The notes under the pieces are model-generated. The model was not told where the DNA came from and ran no database searches. It was given only the letters and a program-made list of their open reading frames with translations. A stretch of DNA of 54,837 bases, the filler included. It is 4 parts of 4 records of this genome, joined end to end, with 100 filler letters (N's around TTAATTAATTAA, not from the genome) between each part and the next. Parts side by side here need not be neighbours in the genome. Positions count along the whole stretch, not along the records: positions 33,170 to 48,690 come from SRR33789315_136; positions 48,791 to 54,837 come from SRR33789315_144; 2 more parts are not named here. One strand, given 5' to 3'. Shown one piece after another: positions 39,427 to 52,100 of the stretch. Every line of letters starts with the position of its first letter. The stretch's first letter is position 1. The translations under genes and the position numbers were made by a program.

Positions 39427-39705
39427 ATGAAATGGGTAACAGCATTGTTGCTTTGCCTGCTCGTTATGCTGCAATATCGTTTGTGGTTTGGTAAAAATAG
39501 TGTACCAGACTACATGAGCATGAAAAAAGAAGTGCAAGCACAGAGTGTGCAAAATGCTAATTTACAACAAAGAAATAGCCTGCTTAAAGCCGATATAGAT
39601 GATTTAAAAATCGGTTTGGATGCGGCTGAAGAAAGAGCCAGAAACGATTTAGGTCTTATTAAACAAGGCGAAACCTTCTACCGAATTTTACCTTCTGAAA
39701 ATTAA
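39427..39705 (+). CDS. ftsB: cell division protein FtsB
   Basis: LQYRLWFG and [17 protein letters not shown]; position upstream of ispD. Confidence 0.95.
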   Translation: MKWVTALLLCLLVMLQYRLWFGKNSVPDYMSMKKEVQAQSVQNANLQQRNSLLKADIDDLKIGLDAAEERARNDLGLIKQGETFYRILPSEN

Positions 39706-39710
39706 GTGAC

Positions 39711-40418
39711 ATGACATCCAATAATACATTTACGGCTGTAGTGCCTGCCGCAGGCATTGGTAAACGAATGGGCGCTGAGTGTGCCAAACAGTATTTAGTT
39801 ATTGCTGGAAAAACCATACTAGAGCACACCTTGGGCAAGCTCATTGCTCATCCGCAAATTGCTAGGGTTATTGTGGTGATACATCCTCAAGATAAACAAT
39901 TTAGCACCCTAGCCATAGCCAATTCTCCTTGGTTAACAACAGTGCTAGGAGGAGAAGAGCGCAGTGATTCAGTATTAGCTGGGTTACATCACGTTAATAC
40001 TGATGAATATTGGGTATTAGTGCACGATGCAGCTCGCCCTTGTATACATCAAAAAGATTTAAGCAAACTTTTCCAGCTTGCTGAAAAAGGTAAAACCGGT
40101 GGCATACTCGCCACACCCGTGCGCGATACAATGAAGCGCAGTAATGAAATGCAGCAAGTCCTAAAAACCGAGTCCCGCGACAATTTGTGGCATGCAATGA
40201 CGCCACAATTTTTCCCATTAGATGAGTTAAAAACAGCGCTGCAAACAGCGCAGCTGCAAAAGGTTGCCATAACTGATGAGGCCTCGGCAATAGAATTTAT
40301 GGGTGGTCGTGTTAATTTGGTGGAAGGCCGCGCCTCAAACCTCAAAATAACCCAAGCTGAAGATTTACAATTAGCGACCTACTATTTGACCCAAGCGAAC
40401 ACAGTGGAATTGACATGA
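39711..40418 (+). CDS. ispD: MEP cytidylyltransferase
   Basis: [24 protein letters not shown] and TDEASA motifs. Confidence 0.97.
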   Translation: MTSNNTFTAVVPAAGIGKRMGAECAKQYLVIAGKTILEHTLGKLIAHPQIARVIVVIHPQDKQFSTLAIANSPWLTTVLGGEERSDSVLAGLHHVNTDEYWVLVHDAARPCIHQKDLSKLFQLAEKGKTGGILATPVRDTMKRSNEMQQVLKTESRDNLWHAMTPQFFPLDELKTALQTAQLQKVAITDEASAIEFMGGRVNLVEGRASNLKITQAEDLQLATYYLTQANTVELT

Positions 40419-40918
40419 ACATACGAATTGGCCATGGCTATGACGTGCACAAATTTGGTGGCCAAGGCCCAATTATTATAGGTGGTGCTGCCATCGAACA
40501 TGAACAGGGTTTGCTTGCACACTCTGATGGTGATGTGGCCATTCATGCTTTGTGTGACGCGATATTAGGAGCCTTAGCGAAAGGCGATATTGGTCGGCAT
40601 TTTCCTGATAGCGACCCTGCCCTATCAGGGGTAGACAGCCGTATTTTATTGCGTTCAGTTTGTCGCTTAATGAAAGAAGAAGGCTATGTGATTGGCAACC
40701 TTGATTTAACCATCGTTGCACAAGCCCCCAAGATGGCCCCGCATATTAACACTATGGTCAAGTGCTTGGCCAGCGATCTGCAAGTTAGCCCTTCTCAGGT
40801 AAACGTAAAAGCTACCACCACCGAGAAGCTCGGATTTGCTGGTCGCAAAGAAGGTATTGCCGCTTATGCCGTAGTGCTGCTTTTTTCAAATCAAAGCGGC
40901 TTACACAATGCAAACTGA
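40415..40918 (+). CDS. ispF: MECDP synthase
   Basis: [15 protein letters not shown] and [10 protein letters not shown] motifs. Confidence 0.97.
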   Translation: MNIRIGHGYDVHKFGGQGPIIIGGAAIEHEQGLLAHSDGDVAIHALCDAILGALAKGDIGRHFPDSDPALSGVDSRILLRSVCRLMKEEGYVIGNLDLTIVAQAPKMAPHINTMVKCLASDLQVSPSQVNVKATTTEKLGFAGRKEGIAAYAVVLLFSNQSGLHNAN

Positions 40919-41954
40919 TCATTGGCAATATTTATATCCAAAACCAATCATCACTGGACGCTTAAAAGTTGAATTAAGTGATTTTAAAGTCACAGAAAAA
41001 CTCGGGTATGAACCGACTGGCCAGGGTGAACACATTTATTTATGGGTGCGTAAGTCTGGTTTAAACACCGCTTATCTCGCTGAACAAATTGCTAAGTTTG
41101 CTAGAGTATCGGCGCGCTCTGTGACCTATGCCGGACGCAAAGACAAATATGCTATAACCGAGCAATGGTTTAGCGTGCATAAACCGGGTAAAGCTGAGTA
41201 CGACTGGTCAGCATTAAATGTCGAAGGTGCTGAAGTGCTCCAAGCGATCCGTCACGACAAAAAACTGCGCACTGGAGTTTTAAAAGGCAATAGATTTAGC
41301 ATTACCATTCGCGACTTATCAGCGATTGAAGACCTCGACAGCCGATTAAAGCTAATAGCCGAGCAAGGTGTACCAAATTATTATGGTGCCCAACGATTTG
41401 GCGATAGTCGTTATGATGCTAGAGGCGGCAATTTAGTGCTTGCAGAAAAAATGCTTGAAGGTGAAGAAATTCGAAATCGCAACAAGCGTTCAATGGCCAT
41501 ATCAGCCTTACGTTCTTGGCTGTTTAACGAATATATAAGCCGCCGTATTGATGCTGGATGCTATCAGCAAGCCCTATCTGGCGATATTATGCTATTGGCC
41601 GGAAGTGCTAGTTTTTTTTGCGCCCCAGAGATTGATGACACCATTATTAAACGCTTGGAAAGCCGGGATATTCAACTTTCATTGCCACTGTGGGGACAGG
41701 GTGAATTGTCTTCACAAGGCCAGGCTTTGGCATTTGAACAGCAAGTCGCTCAAGATAATGTTACCGTTGCCAAGGCCCTTGAAGCCTTGGGATTGAAACA
41801 AGAACGCCGAGCTTTAAAATTGCTTCCTGCAAATATGTCTTGGGAATTAGCAGAGCAGCAACTCATCCTGCATTTTGATTTACCCGCAGGGGCCTTTGCT
41901 ACCTCAGTGATCCGTGAAGCGGTTAATATAAAACACTATTACGAAGTAGACTAA
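40908..41954 (+). CDS. truD: tRNA pseudouridine(13) synthase
   Basis: GEH, YAGRKDK.A.T.QW, GNRF and [10 protein letters not shown] motifs. Confidence 0.96.
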   Translation: MQTDHWQYLYPKPIITGRLKVELSDFKVTEKLGYEPTGQGEHIYLWVRKSGLNTAYLAEQIAKFARVSARSVTYAGRKDKYAITEQWFSVHKPGKAEYDWSALNVEGAEVLQAIRHDKKLRTGVLKGNRFSITIRDLSAIEDLDSRLKLIAEQGVPNYYGAQRFGDSRYDARGGNLVLAEKMLEGEEIRNRNKRSMAISALRSWLFNEYISRRIDAGCYQQALSGDIMLLAGSASFFCAPEIDDTIIKRLESRDIQLSLPLWGQGELSSQGQALAFEQQVAQDNVTVAKALEALGLKQERRALKLLPANMSWELAEQQLILHFDLPAGAFATSVIREAVNIKHYYEVD

Positions 41955-41957
41955 ATC

Positions 41958-42713
41958 ATGAATATATTACTCAGTAACGATGATGGCGTATTTGCCGAAG
42001 GATTAGCGGCATTACATGCTGAAATGAGTAAACAACATCAGGTTACGGTTATTGCCCCAGACCGTAACTGCAGTGGAGCCAGTAATGCTTTGTCACTGCA
42101 CTCTCCTCTGCGCATCCAAAAAGTCAGCAATGGATTCTATTCGGTCAATGGAACCCCCTCAGACTGTGTGCATTTAGGCATTAACCAGTTTTTAGAGGAA
42201 GACCCACAGGTGGTAGTGTCTGGGATAAATCATGGCGCAAATTTAGGGGATGATGTTATTTATTCCGGCACGGTGGCAGCCGCGACCGAAGGCCGTTACA
42301 TGGGATTTCCGGCAATAGCAGTTTCACTCGCCTCATACCGTCCAACTCATTTTGCTAGTGCTGCCAAAATTGTCTGTAAGATCATTGATATGTTAGTTAA
42401 ACAACCCCTGCCTGCTGACCAAATTTTAAATATTAATGTACCTGATTTACGCTATGATCAGCTAGCAGGAATAAAGGTCACTCGGCAAGGTCGTCGTCAT
42501 CGAGCTGAGTCAATGGTCAGAGCTCAGGATCCCCATGGTAGAGATGTATACTGGTATGGCCCTGCGGGCAAAGAACAAGATGCAGGACCTGGCACTGACT
42601 TTTATGCTATTGCCCAAGGATATTGTTCCATCACGCCCTTATCTGTTGATATGACCGCTTATAAAAGCCTTGATGATTTGCAGCATTGGATCAAAGATTT
42701 ACCAATAAAATAA
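41958..42713 (+). CDS. surE: 5'/3'-nucleotidase SurE
   Basis: [24 protein letters not shown] and YSGTVAAA motifs. Confidence 0.97.
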   Translation: MNILLSNDDGVFAEGLAALHAEMSKQHQVTVIAPDRNCSGASNALSLHSPLRIQKVSNGFYSVNGTPSDCVHLGINQFLEEDPQVVVSGINHGANLGDDVIYSGTVAAATEGRYMGFPAIAVSLASYRPTHFASAAKIVCKIIDMLVKQPLPADQILNINVPDLRYDQLAGIKVTRQGRRHRAESMVRAQDPHGRDVYWYGPAGKEQDAGPGTDFYAIAQGYCSITPLSVDMTAYKSLDDLQHWIKDLPIK

Positions 42714-42756
42714 TAACAACGATTAACGACTAATTGACTCTGGACCAACCAACAAA

Positions 42757-43395
42757 ATGAGAGCCACTTTACGCAAGGGCGAGAGCCTAGCCCAACTTTT
42801 AGCCCATGAAGGGATCACTAACACCAAGGTACTAGGCGCAATAGCCCATATCCCTCGTGAATTATTTATCCCCGATGCGCTGCGCCATAAAGCGTATCAA
42901 AATACCGCTCTTCCCATAGGCCAAGGACAGACAATTTCACAACCTTATATTGTGGCCAGAATGACTGAATTGCTCTTACAATCAGAAAACAATCCACAAA
43001 CTGTATTGGAAATTGGTACGGGATCAGGTTATCAAACTGCAGTACTCGCCCAATTATTTCAAAAAGTCTATTCAGTAGAACGCATTAAGACCCTGCAGTT
43101 TCAAGCTAAACGGCGTATGAACCAGTTGAATTTGCACAACGTATCAATGAAACATGGAGATGGTTGGCAAGGTTGGGCAAGCAAAGGCCCCTTCGATGCA
43201 ATCATTGTCACCGCGGCCGCCAGCCGCATTCCAGAGGTGCTATATTCACAATTGAATGATGGTGGACGATTAATCATTCCTGTTGGTGAAGAAAACCAAC
43301 AATTACAATGTATAACCAGACAACAAGATAGCTTCGATAGCAAAGTAGTAGAAGCCGTTCGCTTTGTTCCTTTGATACCGGGAAACATTATTTAA
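42757..43395 (+). CDS. pcm: protein-L-isoaspartate O-methyltransferase
   Basis: [17 protein letters not shown] and [10 protein letters not shown] motifs. Confidence 0.97.
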   Translation: MRATLRKGESLAQLLAHEGITNTKVLGAIAHIPRELFIPDALRHKAYQNTALPIGQGQTISQPYIVARMTELLLQSENNPQTVLEIGTGSGYQTAVLAQLFQKVYSVERIKTLQFQAKRRMNQLNLHNVSMKHGDGWQGWASKGPFDAIIVTAAASRIPEVLYSQLNDGGRLIIPVGEENQQLQCITRQQDSFDSKVVEAVRFVPLIPGNII

Positions 43396-43421
43396 TTAGA
43401 GTTAGTAAAAAAGGAATAACA

Positions 43422-44366
43422 ATGAGCGATAAACGCACACTCAAAGGATATATTGGCATTGCATCACGAGGTGTATTGATGGGAGCCGCTGACGCCGTAC
43501 CAGGGGTATCTGGCGGAACCATAGCGTTTATGACAGGGATATATGAAGAATTAATTTTCTCCTTGAGGCAATGTGGACCAAGTGCATTAAAAAAGCTATT
43601 TTCTGAAGGGATTAAGGCGACTTGGCAACATATCAATGGCAGCTTTTTAGTGGCGCTATTTGGCGGCGTTTTATTAAGTTTACTGAGCGTCTCAAGACTC
43701 GTTGTGTATCTACTCGATAACTTTCCAGGCCTGCTTTGGTCATTTTTCTTTGGTCTAATTTTGGCAGGGGTTTGGTCAATTCTGCGACATATCAGCCATT
43801 GGTCACCAAAAGTGTTAGCTTCTTTTAGTCTTGGGGTAATCAGTGCATATTGGGTCACCACCATCACCCCTACAACAATAGAGTCATCCCCTTATATTGT
43901 ATTTCTGTCTGGTATGATTGCCATATGTGCCATGATATTACCCGGAATTTCAGGGAGTTTTATTCTGCTGCTTTTAGGTATGTATGGCCCCATGATGAAT
44001 GCGATTAAAGAGTTACAGTTTTTTACATTAGCTTGTTTTGCCTCTGGTTGCATAGCGGGATTATTGAGCTTTTCACATGTACTCAGTTGGATGTTTAAAC
44101 ATCATAAAACCATGACATTGGCATTACTTGGTGGTTTTATGCTCGGCTCATTAAACAAGGTATGGCCGTGGAAACTTACTCTTGAATCAGTGGTCGACCG
44201 ACACGGTAAAATCGTTCCTTTGATTCAGCATAATGTATTACCCCACACTTTCGAAGCAAGTACTCAACAGCCCGCCTATTTCACGTATGCAGTTTTGCTA
44301 ATGCTTATGGGTGTAGCGCTTGTCATTCTGCTCGAACAACTAGGAAATAAAGCGACTACCCAATAA
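43422..44366 (+). CDS. DUF368 membrane protein (undecaprenyl-phosphate translocase family)
   Basis: Two repeats: MGAADAVPGVSGGT and AMILPGISGS. Confidence 0.92.
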   Translation: MSDKRTLKGYIGIASRGVLMGAADAVPGVSGGTIAFMTGIYEELIFSLRQCGPSALKKLFSEGIKATWQHINGSFLVALFGGVLLSLLSVSRLVVYLLDNFPGLLWSFFFGLILAGVWSILRHISHWSPKVLASFSLGVISAYWVTTITPTTIESSPYIVFLSGMIAICAMILPGISGSFILLLLGMYGPMMNAIKELQFFTLACFASGCIAGLLSFSHVLSWMFKHHKTMTLALLGGFMLGSLNKVWPWKLTLESVVDRHGKIVPLIQHNVLPHTFEASTQQPAYFTYAVLLMLMGVALVILLEQLGNKATTQ

Positions 44367-44371
44367 TACTC

Positions 44372-45250
44372 ATGAATCAAAAACCAGAAAATAGCATCGT
44401 CTTAAATAAAAACACTCGAAAAGGTAGTCCTTACCATTTCTTGTTGCTGTTGCTATTACCTGTGCTTTTTAACTGTTCGAGTCGTAAATCCCCAGCACCG
44501 GTTGTTGAGATATATCAAGGTAAAACCTTTCGCGACTTCGAAGCAGAGTCTTTCGAAGGGCAGAGTTACACCGTAAAACAAGGCGATACTTTGTTTTCTA
44601 TTGCTTGGTTTAGTGGCAATGATTATCAAGATCTGGCTAGAATTAACGATATTAAGCCACCTTACAACATCTTTCCCGGTCAAAAAATTACACTAAAACC
44701 CTTCTCAAAACCTCGAAATTTGAATGCTCACGAAAGCAGTGGTCAGACCTCCACCAATAAGTCAAATCGAGCAGTTGACCAGAAGAAAAAGCAAGCGTAT
44801 GGTGAAAGTGAAATAAATGTTAAAAGAGGCGTTTTGAAACCTCTAGTCAGTGGATTTCCTAGTCAAGTTGCAAGTTGGAGTTGGCCTACGTCGGGTACTG
44901 TTGTAAGAGGTTTTTCGACGAAAGAAGAGGGCAATAAAGGCTTAGATTTTAGTGGAGATATGGGCTCGCCAATTTTGGCGGCAGCTGACGGAAAGGTAGT
45001 CTATACTGGTAATGCCCTGCGTGGATTTGGTAATTTAGTCATTATCAAGCATTCCGAAGCGTATCTAACTGCCTATGCTCACAATGACAATATTTTAGTT
45101 AAAGAACAAGATTGGATTAAATCTGGGCAAAAAATTGCAACTATGGGTAAAAGCGGCACCGACTCGGTGAAACTTCATTTTGAAGTTAGGTACAAAGGCA
45201 AATCTGTTGATCCTTTGACGTTTTTACCCAAAAATAATAACAATAAATAA
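44372..45250 (+). CDS. nlpD: LysM + M23 murein hydrolase activator NlpD
   Basis: YTVKQGDTLFSIA, NKGLD, YAHN and LHFEVR motifs; upstream of rpoS. Confidence 0.93.
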   Translation: MNQKPENSIVLNKNTRKGSPYHFLLLLLLPVLFNCSSRKSPAPVVEIYQGKTFRDFEAESFEGQSYTVKQGDTLFSIAWFSGNDYQDLARINDIKPPYNIFPGQKITLKPFSKPRNLNAHESSGQTSTNKSNRAVDQKKKQAYGESEINVKRGVLKPLVSGFPSQVASWSWPTSGTVVRGFSTKEEGNKGLDFSGDMGSPILAAADGKVVYTGNALRGFGNLVIIKHSEAYLTAYAHNDNILVKEQDWIKSGQKIATMGKSGTDSVKLHFEVRYKGKSVDPLTFLPKNNNNK

Positions 45251-45308
45251 TAAGAGAGAAACGAGGAGATGTACTAAAAACAACTATTGTTTGTAAGGAG
45301 TTACCGTT

Positions 45309-46289
45309 ATGGGCCAAGAAAAATCAGCAATGATTGAAGCTGACGCCTTCGATATAGACGAAGCATCTATAGAGATAGAGTTAAGCAAAGCCGAAAAAGA
45401 AGATGACCAATTAGAAGATATTCTAGCTAATCAAGAAGAAACCATAAAAAATCTCGATGCTACCCAAATATATTTAGGTGAAATTGGATTTTCTCCCCTG
45501 TTAACCGCTGAAGAAGAAGTTTATTTTTCACGCAAATCCCTCAAGGGCTGCGAAGCATCGCGAAAAAGGATGATCGTCAGCAACTTGCGTCTTGTCGTTA
45601 AAATCGCACGTCGCTATAACAATCGCGGACTTGCTTTATTGGATTTAATTGAAGAAGGAAACTTAGGCTTAATTAGAGCCGTTGAAAAGTTTGACCCTGA
45701 AAGGGGTTTTCGCTTCTCTACTTATGCCACATGGTGGATTAGGCAAACGATAGAGCGAGCAATAATGAATCAGACTCGAACGATACGTTTACCCATCCAT
45801 GTTGTAAAAGAACTTAATATTTATTTAAGGGCGGCTCGCGAGCTGGCCCAACTTTTAGATCATGAGCCGAGTGCAGAGGAAATCGCTGAGTCTCTTGGTA
45901 AGCCAGTTGAAGATGTAACAAAAATGCTGCGTCTCAACGAGCGTATTACCTCTGTTGATACCCCTATCGGCGGTGAAAACGATAAAATTTTATTGGATGT
46001 TATTGCCGATGAGAGAGGTCATGGCCCTGAAGAGGCGCTACAAGACTCAAACATCAGGCTCAATATTGTTCACTGGCTAGAAGACCTCAATCCTAAGCAA
46101 CGAGAAGTATTAGCAAGGCGGTTTGGGCTACTAGGTTATGAACCTTCTACATTAGAAGATGTAGGGGTAGAAATTGGCTTGACCCGTGAAAGAGTTAGAC
46201 AAATTCAAGTTGAGGCCTTACGCAGATTAAAAGATATGCTGGCACACAAAGGTCTTGATTTAACTGCATTGTTTAATGTTCCAAATTAG
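45309..46289 (+). CDS. rpoS: RNA polymerase sigma factor RpoS
   Basis: [33 protein letters not shown] and [13 protein letters not shown] motifs. Confidence 0.97.
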   Translation: MGQEKSAMIEADAFDIDEASIEIELSKAEKEDDQLEDILANQEETIKNLDATQIYLGEIGFSPLLTAEEEVYFSRKSLKGCEASRKRMIVSNLRLVVKIARRYNNRGLALLDLIEEGNLGLIRAVEKFDPERGFRFSTYATWWIRQTIERAIMNQTRTIRLPIHVVKELNIYLRAARELAQLLDHEPSAEEIAESLGKPVEDVTKMLRLNERITSVDTPIGGENDKILLDVIADERGHGPEEALQDSNIRLNIVHWLEDLNPKQREVLARRFGLLGYEPSTLEDVGVEIGLTRERVRQIQVEALRRLKDMLAHKGLDLTALFNVPN

Positions 46290-46311
46290 TAATATCGTTC
46301 ACTTATAAATA

Positions 46312-46348
46312 AAAGTCCCGTTAGTTAATCTGCAACTAGTGGGACTTT
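46312..46348. terminator. terminator between convergent rpoS and tpx
   Basis: AAAGTCCCGTTAGTT / AACTAGTGGGACTTT stem. Confidence 0.65.
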
Positions 46349-46417
46349 CTTTAGATCATAAACTTCTTTGCTACTAAGCCTAAGCACTGCCAATAAGCAC
46401 TTGATTCATAGTATAAA

Positions 46418-46912
46418 TTACAACGCCGCAATCGCAGCTTTGTAATCAGGTTCTTGAGTCGTTTCAGCGACTTGTTCTGTATAGAGCACTTGCCCTTTTT
46501 CATCAATAACCACAATGCTACGTGACAATAGGCCAGCTAGCGGACCTGCAGTAAAACTTACACCGTAATTTGTACCAAAATCACTTCTGAAAGTAGAACC
46601 CGTCGCGACATTGTCAATGCCCTCAGCACCACAAAATCTGGCAGCTGCAAAAGGCAAATCAGCAGAAACACATAAGACTTTTGTGTTGACTAATTCACTG
46701 GCTTCCTTATTAAAAGTTCGGATAGACGTTGCACATACAGCAGTATCTACTGAGGGGAATATATTTAAAATCACTCTTGAGCCAGTAAAATCTGCCAGAC
46801 TTATTTCAGATAAATCTGTTTTTACTAATTTGAAATCCGGAGCCTGACTACCAACTTTGGGCAATTCTCCGGCTATTTCGAATGCATTACCTTTTAACAT
46901 TACTGTTGCCAT
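46418..46912 (-). CDS. tpx: thiol peroxidase
   Basis: FPSVDTAVCA and SADLPFAAARFCG motifs. Confidence 0.96.
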   Translation of the reverse strand: MATVMLKGNAFEIAGELPKVGSQAPDFKLVKTDLSEISLADFTGSRVILNIFPSVDTAVCATSIRTFNKEASELVNTKVLCVSADLPFAAARFCGAEGIDNVATGSTFRSDFGTNYGVSFTAGPLAGLLSRSIVVIDEKGQVLYTEQVAETTQEPDYKAAIAAL

Positions 46913-47115
46913 TTAACTCTCCTTAATGATGAAAATTGTGTTTTTGCTAACTTTATTTCTAGCGTAATGCCTAACCAACAGCATAAAGCATATACTAGGA
47001 ATATGGGCGAGTGAGCGTAAATCAAGTTGCCGCTAAAAATCAAATAACTCGATTAAGCTGAGTCACAAAAAATCGACACTCATTATTCAAAGTTCAGATT
47101 AATAGGAGAAATAAA

Positions 47116-47625
47116 TTACAGCGGAGATAGTTTTTCTAGAGTAACAAATCGATAAGAATAAGGATTTTTATCGTCTAAATCATGTTTTTGTTCAGCTATA
47201 AGCTGCCAACTAAATGCAGATTGATAATCAGGGAAGTAGGTATCACCAACAACATCCAGTTCGATATGAGTGAGGTATAACTTGTGACACAGTGGCAGAA
47301 AAGACTGGTAGATTGTACCACCACCTATAACCATCACTTCAGCAGAACCTTCTGCCGCTAGCAAAGCAGCTTCAGTGCTATTAACCACAGTTGCATCACT
47401 TAGGGTCAACTGACTGTCACGGCTAATAACAATATTCAAACGACCTGGGAGTGCCTTACCAATAGATTCATAAGTAAGACGCCCCATTATGATAGGTTTG
47501 CCTAAAGTCGTGTGTTTAAAATGCTTAAGATCTGCGGGAAGATGCCAAGGCATCGCATTTCCTGAACCTATAACCCGATTGTTCGCCATGGCGGCAATCA
47601 TTGATATTAACATTTTCTCACTCAC
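47116..47625 (-). CDS. folA: dihydrofolate reductase
   Basis: MPWHLPADLKHFK, IMGR.TYESIG, LPGR.N, IGGG and GDTYFP motifs; start may be ATG 47613. Confidence 0.97.
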   Translation of the reverse strand: MSEKMLISMIAAMANNRVIGSGNAMPWHLPADLKHFKHTTLGKPIIMGRLTYESIGKALPGRLNIVISRDSQLTLSDATVVNSTEAALLAAEGSAEVMVIGGGTIYQSFLPLCHKLYLTHIELDVVGDTYFPDYQSAFSWQLIAEQKHDLDDKNPYSYRFVTLEKLSPL

Positions 47626-47645
47626 TGACTTTATTACCTTATAAC

Positions 47646-48690
<1,045 letters not shown>

Positions 48691-48790
48691 NNNNNNNNNN
48701 NNNNNNNNNNNNNNNNNNNNNNNNNNNNNNNNNNTTAATTAATTAANNNNNNNNNNNNNNNNNNNNNNNNNNNNNNNNNNNNNNNNNNNN
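48691..48790. other. artificial contig linker
   Basis: N44-TTAATTAATTAA-N44. Confidence 0.97.
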
Positions 48791-48820
48791 TTGTAATTGT
48801 AATTGTAATTGTAATTGTAA
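48791..48820. repeat. hexanucleotide tandem repeat (TTGTAA)x5, truncated at contig start
   Basis: Five perfect TTGTAA units abutting the gap. Confidence 0.9.
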
Positions 48821-49174
48821 AGTATGACATTGAGTGACAGACTTCGTATCACTTTAAGAAGCGGTTTGCAGTAGCAAAAAATTTACTGAATGACTCAGGG
48901 CGTCAAGCAGGTATTAGTATTTGGCCCACTTTGTATTGACCAAGGTAGGTGATAGCTTTGTCCAATTGGCTGGATGATTCAGCCACGATTGTCTCCACCG
49001 TGGATACTGAAACTATGTTTTGCTAATTCAACGCCGTAGAATTAGTTGAAATAAGGCATGGACGGTTTTTTTTCATCATTACTCTGGCTGAAAACACAAC
49101 ACTAAATTACTCATTCTTAAGTCGACCTTAATTTAGGCTTGCTTAGCAATTAAACTGGAAGTGGGAACAAGTAA

Positions 49175-52100
49175 ATGGAAGCTATTAAGTTTTTAGAATT
49201 CTATGACGTGTATGATGATTTTCTAGTCGCTGCAGACCCTGCAACTGGAAGACCTTGCTTGTTGCGGGTGGAGAAAGATGGATGCCCTTTGCTTTTAAAG
49301 TTCTGGCCCAGAAACGCAGACATGGATGACGGAGATCTGGAAGATATCTGGCTGCATGAGTTAAGACAGTTGCATAGGCTTAAAGGTTACCCAGGAGTCG
49401 GTGATTATGTTTCTTCAATCGTTGATTCGGGCAGAGATAATGAAGGATTTTATTTAGTTTTAGATGCTTCTGGACGCGTACCAATATCATGCCTCACAAA
49501 GAAGCCCGCCACTCTTTCACTTCGCACCCATTGGCTTAAAAGGCTTAAAAATCCAAAAACAAGAATAATATTCTGGAGTAACGTAATAAGAATAGTTAGG
49601 GCTATTGAGCTGTTGCATGCACAAGGTCTATTACACAGGCATTTAGACAGCAATGCTATTCTCACGTCGGGTGATATAAACAGTGAGATAATAGACTTTC
49701 AACTTACAGGTTTTGAGTGGTCCGTCCGAGTTCACAATATGTCCTCTGCTCTAATTAGAGGTAAAGATATTTCTCCCGGTGGGAGTATTTATTCATTTGT
49801 AAGTGACTGGTCTGATTTAGGGCTTCTTCTTATAAATCTGCTTGCGATTGACGTTAATGTTCTAAAAAACACAGCCCAGTCTATTGATGAAATTGTAGAA
49901 AAGACTGGGCTCACGCTAAGTGAGACCCATTTAATCAAAGCCTTGATTGGTTGGTCACCAATTACCTCCAATACTCCTAAAGAGATACTGAGCGCAAAAC
50001 TTATAGTAAGTTCGATTGAAAAAATAATCGAGTCATTAACAATAATTTCATCACACAGTTTAAGTTCATTTCGACTAGCGATTAATCTGAATTATGTTGC
50101 ACCTCAAAAGGGCATCTTTTATTCATTAAAAAATGCTGTACAAACAAAATACAAAGAAAAATATGATGTAACTCTTTCTGATGCAGATCATGAAGAAATA
50201 AGAGGTTTTATAATGCAGGATCTCTCTGATTCTCCAGTTGCCATATATTTTCAGGGCACTAACGGGAATGATGAGCAGCTATTATTAAAGGGAAAGGATT
50301 TGATATATAGGCTTGATAAATTCCAGCTCAGCTATGATGAGCCGGACTTTACATGGGATTTTGCATTTTGCCAAAAAGTATATAAAAGCCTTCCGCGTAA
50401 CCCAAACAGTTCAGCAAAAACTTTGGAGCTTAACTCTAATTATATTGAAGTCCACCCGATAGCCGACGCTAAACAACTGTGCAGAACTATATCAAATAGA
50501 TCGCAAGGTCATTCTTGGGATGAAGTGATAAATAGCCTCCGTGAAGAAGGCGGCGAGTTCACGTCGGCACAGTTAGCTATTTTGGAAGGTTTGGCAGCTT
50601 GCCATTTGGCTGAAATATCTTATGCAAGAGCTGAAATATATCCTGTTGAAATATTGGAATCTAACTCAGTTGGCTTAGAGGAGTGGCGAATTACTTTGGC
50701 TAGTTGTAAGAACGAAGACTCAGAGGCGCTTTCAAAATCACTTTTACTTGATGCCCCAGCGGTTCGAATTGAGAAAGTGCTAACCAGCATTGAAGGTGAT
50801 ATCGAAACTCTTAATTGGAGCTTAGTCAGCAGCTCACTGCTTACGAAAGAATATAACGAAGAGATTACTCTAACTTATCAGGAGTGCTATAACGATAAAA
50901 ATGGGCAGCTAATCTATGTCTTTACTTCGAATCAACCCTTACCAGATCTCAAACAGTATTTCATAGCACCAAACTCATTACAGGGAACCTTTCGCCAGCT
51001 CTCTCGTCGCGCCAAGGCATTAGATACCTTGGGAACTCACGTGGAGTTAATTGATGCGATATCTAATCCTCAAAAGGTTGCGTACAATACACAAGATATG
51101 GCTATCGAAGACAGCTCTTATAACATGTTGGACGAGTCAAAAAAGAGCGCACTACAGAATATTCTAAAAATAATGCCGCTATTTCTCGTGCAGGGGCCGC
51201 CTGGCGTTGGGAAAACGCATCTGATTACTACTCTTGTAAAGCAAGTTTTTGAGAAAGAGCCTGATAGTAGGGTTCTGCTTTCTGCTCAAAGCCACGCAAC
51301 TGTTCAGCACCTCTACCACGAGATAGAGAGGACTCAACTTTCCAGTGTCAAAAACGATATATTAGTTATTCGGTGTAGTAAGCAAGATGTGGAGGATGAT
51401 TCAGTGCTATCTGACGCTGACGCAAAAGCAAAAATTTTATTAGAAAAACTAATATCCAGTGAATTATTTAATAATTCCTCATCTCATCGCTTGAAGTCAA
51501 GAATTCTGGCTATGTCACAAGGGCATAAGTCAACCCGTTACACATTGGTTAATCAACTTCTTAGATCTGCCAATATTGTCTTTTCAACCACAAACTCTGA
51601 ACAGATAGAGCGAATGATAAAGGACCGAGCTCAGTTTGATTGGTCAATAATGGAAGAAACTGGCAAAGCTACAGGTGTTGAGTTACTTAGCCCGCTTTTA
51701 CTCTCTCATCGAAGACTAATGATAGGCGACCATAAGCAATTACCTCCGTATAGATCTACAGAAATGAAAAGTATTCTGCTTGACGCGGCGCGACTGAAAG
51801 CTGTTTTGCAGGAGTCTGAACAAGTACAAAACCCTAAATTAAAAGGAGAAATCTGTAAGAGTTTACTGGAAAATGTAAATTTTGAAGAAAGCAGACTAAT
51901 AGAAATTGGTTCAAATGCTGTTAATAGCCTCATGCTGTTTGAGTCGCTGGTCACCAATGAAGAGAAGGAGTCGGATGCGTACAAAAGTGTTTTTGGCTCT
52001 CTTTCTAATAGAACACCTGTTGCCAGTATGCTTTCAGTTCAGCACAGAATGCACCCTCATATTGCGGAACTATTGTCTGAGGTCTTCTACAATAAAAAAT

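Noticed and set aside
48821-49174. Possible degraded ORF upstream of the kinase-helicase gene
   Set aside because: Multiple stops and no family that I can recognise; needs BLASTX.
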